Below are positions 59,962 through 64,000 of a stretch of DNA of 64,000 bases, piece after piece. This DNA is from Torpedo marmorata (lineage: Eukaryota). The stretch covers positions 80,662,001 to 80,726,000 of the forward strand of contig OZ360223.1 in NCBI GenBank assembly GCA_977017645.1. Direction: 5' to 3'. Each line of letters starts with the position of its first letter. The stretch's first letter is position 1. Below the pieces are notes generated by a model. That model worked only from the letters and a program-made list of their open reading frames with translations. It was not told the origin of the DNA and did not search any database. The translations under genes and the position numbers were made by a program.

Positions 59962-62900
59962 TATAAGTAACGGTGACTTCGCTCCACCAATAGTCACCTG
60001 GAGGCTAAGTGTGGTCCTTGCTTTTGACGCGTTTTAATTAATTTACTAACAAAGTCCAATATGTTCAAAAACCTTTATTTTCACACATGACTTGCAGTAA
60101 TCTTCAATGACTTTAATATAAACAGTTCTTGTAAACGATGTATGATGAGTTCCTTTAAATAATTCTTTAAACAATTCCAAAACGATATGAAAACACTGTA
60201 GAACGATGTAAAAGTTATAAAACGATATAAAACGGTCAATAAAGATGTGGAGACCAGACTCACCCTCCATACATCTTTTCCTTTCCTTCTCTATCTCTCT
60301 CTAATGGCTCTGCGCATCCTACCCCGCGCATACTACAACTCCCAGCCTCCCACGCGCACAATGACGTCACTCCATACTGCGCATGCGCCCGTCGGCACTC
60401 CCGCGCATGCGCATATCAAAGAACGGGCCGATGACGGCCCACAGAACAACGCAAGCGCTCCAAGGCCCGACGTGGCGCTCCGAGGACGGCCCAGCGAACA
60501 ACGCGAGCGCTCAATGGCCCGACGTGGCCTAGGAGCGCTCCGAGGACGGCCCACCGAACTACGCGAGCGCTCCAAGGCCCGACGAGACATCGGAGCGCCG
60601 CAACAACGGTAAGTTAACGAGCCTACGGCTCTTACACCGGCCCCTAATTATTATAATTAGACGTAATGTCTTGAATAATAATTACACTATAAATAATAAT
60701 AACCATAACATTCAAAACAATACAAATCTTCTTTCTTCCTTCTTCATAAATCTAGAGTTTACCATAACTCTGATTCAACAAAAGTCTGTAACCTGTGAAA
60801 TATACAATAACAAATAAAGTCAGTTTATATTTATCAAAGTTCCTCTGTCTCCAACAAAAGACAGACCTGGTTAATAGGTCTGTTTAGAAAACCAGTCTTA
60901 GCTTTAATTCGCACTTGACGCACAAGTCCTCTTTGTCTTGAAAAGTCTCAATAATCTTTTCCAAGTAACCAGGAATTTCTTGAAGTTGAACCATCCATAA
61001 CAATCACAATGTCTCTTTAAAGTTCTTCCATCTTCACAATCCGAGTCAAAACGTTAACCAGTAAACCTCAAATCATCCTCAGATAAAATAGATACAGTTT
61101 TTCTTTTGAATTTAACACAAGGCACTTCTTCAGCACGTCGTTTCACTTTATTCCTTTCTTCAGTATTCCACTTCTCATGTGAAGAATTTAAACTCTTAGA
61201 ATTAGAATTTGAATATTTATCTGATTCTTTCGATTTTAAACAGGTCTGTTTAACCACTCTGGTTTCTATGGCTCTTTCCTGCAATTCTAAATCCAATTTT
61301 GCAACTTTCAATTCAGTCTCAGCTCCTTCTGAGAAATTAATAATTTGATCTGAAGTCAAAATATCATATAGTACATTGATATTTCTATTGTCAATCCTGT
61401 CGCGACAAACTTGAAATTTTTTTATTTCTTCATCTTGTTTGTTACATTTCTGCAATGCAATATCACATTCTTTCTGCATTGTTAATTGTTGAACATTCAA
61501 TTTACATTCTTGATTGGTTTTTAAAGTCAACTGTTTTGTGTTATTAACCAATAACTTGTTCTCTTTTAAAACATTAATCTCTTCCTCCAACCTTTTACAT
61601 TTTGATAATGCTGAATCTCTTTCTTCGATAACTGTATTCATTTCTTCAGCAGTTATTCTTTTCTTCCGCTTTCTGACTTTGCGAGTTTTACTTACAATTA
61701 AATCTTTCTGTTTACTGTTTTCTTGATTATCTAATATTTCCAATTCCCCTTTCAACATTTTGTTCTCTGGATTCAATTGCATTGAATTATCATTCACATT
61801 ATTCTTTATTCCATCAGCACAATTTTCTGTGTTTTCCAGTTTTACATCACATTGTAATATTTCTTCATTAGCTTTGTCTGTTGTAATCTCTGAACTACAA
61901 AATCTACATTCAGATTTGTTTTCAGTCACTTGTTTTATTCCTGTATCTGATTCAATTACACATGAATGATCAATAGTATTATTTGCAACATCTTTTAATA
62001 CTTCACTTTCATCCTCTAACACTTCACTTTCATCCATTTCTGACGAAATTAATTCCTTCAATGTTGTTTTAAATACCATTGATTTATTTTCACATTGATC
62101 TGTTTTCTTTTCTTCATAAGTGATTTTCTTATTCACGGTTTTTTGCTCTTCTCTTAACTCTTCAACTTTCTCAATTGAAATTTTATTAACATTTATCGAT
62201 ACCTGTGCCTGAGCAATATCATTATTTCTTTCCATTGGTCCATTGATTGCCCAACCAAGTATGGTTCTAATAGCGTAAGGTCCATTCCTTTTACTTTCTA
62301 TTACTTCTTTTGGTACCAAAACCTTTGGCACATCTGAACCAATCAGCATTTCTATCTCAGAATTAATTTCAGGTAAATAAACCTTCCACAGATAAGCTAA
62401 ATGATGGATATCACTTTGATGAGGAATATTTCCTTCGTTCACAGGCATAGTCTTCTGAGTATATACACTTGGAAGATCACAAAATTTTTTGTCATCCAAT
62501 CCAGCAACCTCTAAGCCTGAAACAATGTTAGTTTCAACAAACTTTTCTTGTCCCATGGTTTTTAACATAATTCTTGATTTTCTTCCTTGAATATTAAGTT
62601 TATTCATTAGTCCTTCCGTGCAAAAAGATGCAGTGCTACTTGGGTCTAGAAATGCATATGTTTTTACTATTGCATCCCCTTTCTTGGCCTTAACTTGTAC
62701 AGGCACTATTGAAAGTTTGCAGTTATTCACCCCGGCCCCAGTAAGACCACTTGTCTGAACCGAGGTTATAACATTATTTTCTGTTGTTTCCTTTGTTTCT
62801 GTTTGCTCCTTTTCCAATTCCTTGTTTCTGTTATGGACATGCAAAATTTTAGGATGTTTAAAATTGCATATGTCACAATTAATTTGCTTCTCGCAGTTTT

Positions 62901-64000
62901 TACTGATGTGCCCTTTACACAGACAGCTAAAACATATTCCATTTTCCTTTAAGAAAGCGATCCTTTCTTTATGTTCCTTCCTTTCCAATTGTAAACACAT
63001 TTCCAAAGCATGTCCACCTTTACAGAACAAACAACTCTTTTCATTAGGCAAACTTTCCTTTTCCTTATTTATTTTGTCCTTTTCTTTACTTATAACTTGC
63101 ACATTAGTAGCAAAAGTACTCCTTTTCACTTTCGGACTAGACTGTGAATTAGACTTTCTTACATCTTTGCCCATTGAATTATCTCTGGTATTTCCATATA
63201 GTGGATCTGTTTCAACATACACTTGTCGTTCAAGAAAATTTACCAAATCCTTTAAAGTAATTCTTCGACCATAATTTACTTGTAAATCACAAGCCAAATT
63301 TCTCCATCTATCCCATACCTTGTAAGGTAATTTTTCTAAAATGATTCGCATATTACTATGCACATCAAGATCACGAATACCATTGATTTCTTCCATAGCA
63401 TTACAACATCCTCTTAAAAACAAAGTATATTCTTGCAAAGCCTTTACATCATTTTGTTTTATTGATGTCCATTTAAGAGCTTTATCCATATAAGCTAAAG
63501 CAATTCGATGCTTGTTGCCAAAATATTGTTCCAATAAATCCTTAGCTTTGTCTAATCCTCTTCCTGAAGACATTTGTTTACAACTTTTAACCAGTTCTTT
63601 TGGATGTCCCTTTGTAAACATTTCCAAATAATAAAGACATTCATCACGATCTTGGCATTTATCTTCAATATTGCGTTTGAAAGATCTCATAAATGATTGA
63701 TATTGAAGTGGATCACCATCAAAAGTTTGTATCTCTTTCTTGGGTAAAGAAGAGAGAGACTTTACCTGAAACAATGATGCAGCAATTTCATTTTGTCTTT
63801 CCTTGGATGACAATACATTGCTCTGTTCACTGTCTCGTGTTGTATACAATGTATCTGGAAACCTTACTGGTGTAGTTTCTTCCATATTTATGATGCTTGG
63901 CTTATATAACAAAGAAGCTACTTCGTTCGACCGAACCCAATCCGCAGCCTTGCTTTCAGATGTTATCATTGGTACATGTGACTCGATACCAATATGCTCT
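59962..64000 (-). mobile_element. Non-autonomous BEL/Pao LTR element, copy 3 (3' LTR 59962-60636; continues beyond the window)
   Basis: LTR and internal region colinear with copies 1 and 2. Confidence 0.93.
61054..64000 (-). CDS. BEL copy 3 Gag-protease-MIPOL1-like polyprotein (partial; uninterrupted within the window)
   Basis: At least 971 codons open from Gag through the knuckles, protease (YAFLDPSSTAS) and tail to the shared stop after LRFTG. Confidence 0.92.
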   Translation of the reverse strand, partial: EHIGIESHVPMITSESKAADWVRSNEVASLLYKPSIINMEETTPVRFPDTLYTTRDSEQSNVLSSKERQNEIAASLFQVKSLSSLPKKEIQTFDGDPLQYQSFMRSFKRNIEDKCQDRDECLYYLEMFTKGHPKELVKSCKQMSSGRGLDKAKDLLEQYFGNKHRIALAYMDKALKWTSIKQNDVKALQEYTLFLRGCCNAMEEINGIRDLDVHSNMRIILEKLPYKVWDRWRNLACDLQVNYGRRITLKDLVNFLERQVYVETDPLYGNTRDNSMGKDVRKSNSQSSPKVKRSTFATNVQVISKEKDKINKEKESLPNEKSCLFCKGGHALEMCLQLERKEHKERIAFLKENGICFSCLCKGHISKNCEKQINCDICNFKHPKILHVHNRNKELEKEQTETKETTENNVITSVQTSGLTGAGVNNCKLSIVPVQVKAKKGDAIVKTYAFLDPSSTASFCTEGLMNKLNIQGRKSRIMLKTMGQEKFVETNIVSGLEVAGLDDKKFCDLPSVYTQKTMPVNEGNIPHQSDIHHLAYLWKVYLPEINSEIEMLIGSDVPKVLVPKEVIESKRNGPYAIRTILGWAINGPMERNNDIAQAQVSINVNKISIEKVEELREEQKTVNKKITYEEKKTDQCENKSMVFKTTLKELISSEMDESEVLEDESEVLKDVANNTIDHSCVIESDTGIKQVTENKSECRFCSSEITTDKANEEILQCDVKLENTENCADGIKNNVNDNSMQLNPENKMLKGELEILDNQENSKQKDLIVSKTRKVRKRKKRITAEEMNTVIEERDSALSKCKRLEEEINVLKENKLLVNNTKQLTLKTNQECKLNVQQLTMQKECDIALQKCNKQDEEIKKFQVCRDRIDNRNINVLYDILTSDQIINFSEGAETELKVAKLDLELQERAIETRVVKQTCLKSKESDKYSNSNSKSLNSSHEKWNTEERNKVKRRAEEVPCVKFKRKTVSILSEDDLRFTG

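Noticed and set aside
61054-62150. BEL tail as an env-like ORF
   Set aside because: No signal peptide or transmembrane segment; it is hydrophilic, in frame with gag-pro, and lies upstream of the integrase relic.

Overview
Vertebrate genomic DNA, about three quarters transposon-derived. The repeat set (CR1 LINEs, V-SINE/HE1-type SINEs, Rex1/Babar, AT-rich L1) suggests a cartilaginous fish; this is an inference. Contents: the 3' end of a Gypsy element (1-899); a multiply nested CR1 (1.6-8.0 kb); two full-length Gypsy elements (8172-16100 minus, with an L1 inside its 3' LTR; 27973-32454 plus); three copies of an RT-less BEL/Pao element (20697-26722, 35869-41935, 59962->64000, all minus); three solo LTRs; a pogo-type MITE; and the last coding exons of a divergent NEDD1-like host gene on the minus strand (about 44.7-57.3 kb), which the ORF track misses. 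Main findings: (1) The BEL family keeps one ~1312-aa ORF (SAP, coiled coil, Gag, zinc knuckles, protease) in which RT/RNase H/integrase are replaced in frame by a ~360-aa tail containing a segment resembling the host protein MIPOL1. (2) The two Gypsy elements and the two complete BEL copies show no TGG-type tRNA primer-binding site. Instead, the bases just after the 5' LTR are complementary to a segment of their own LTR, and this pairing covaries between the two Gypsy families, suggesting self-priming or poly(A)-signal occlusion. (3) The NEDD1-like gene looks like a divergent paralog. Protein similarities were judged by eye against remembered sequences, not by database search.
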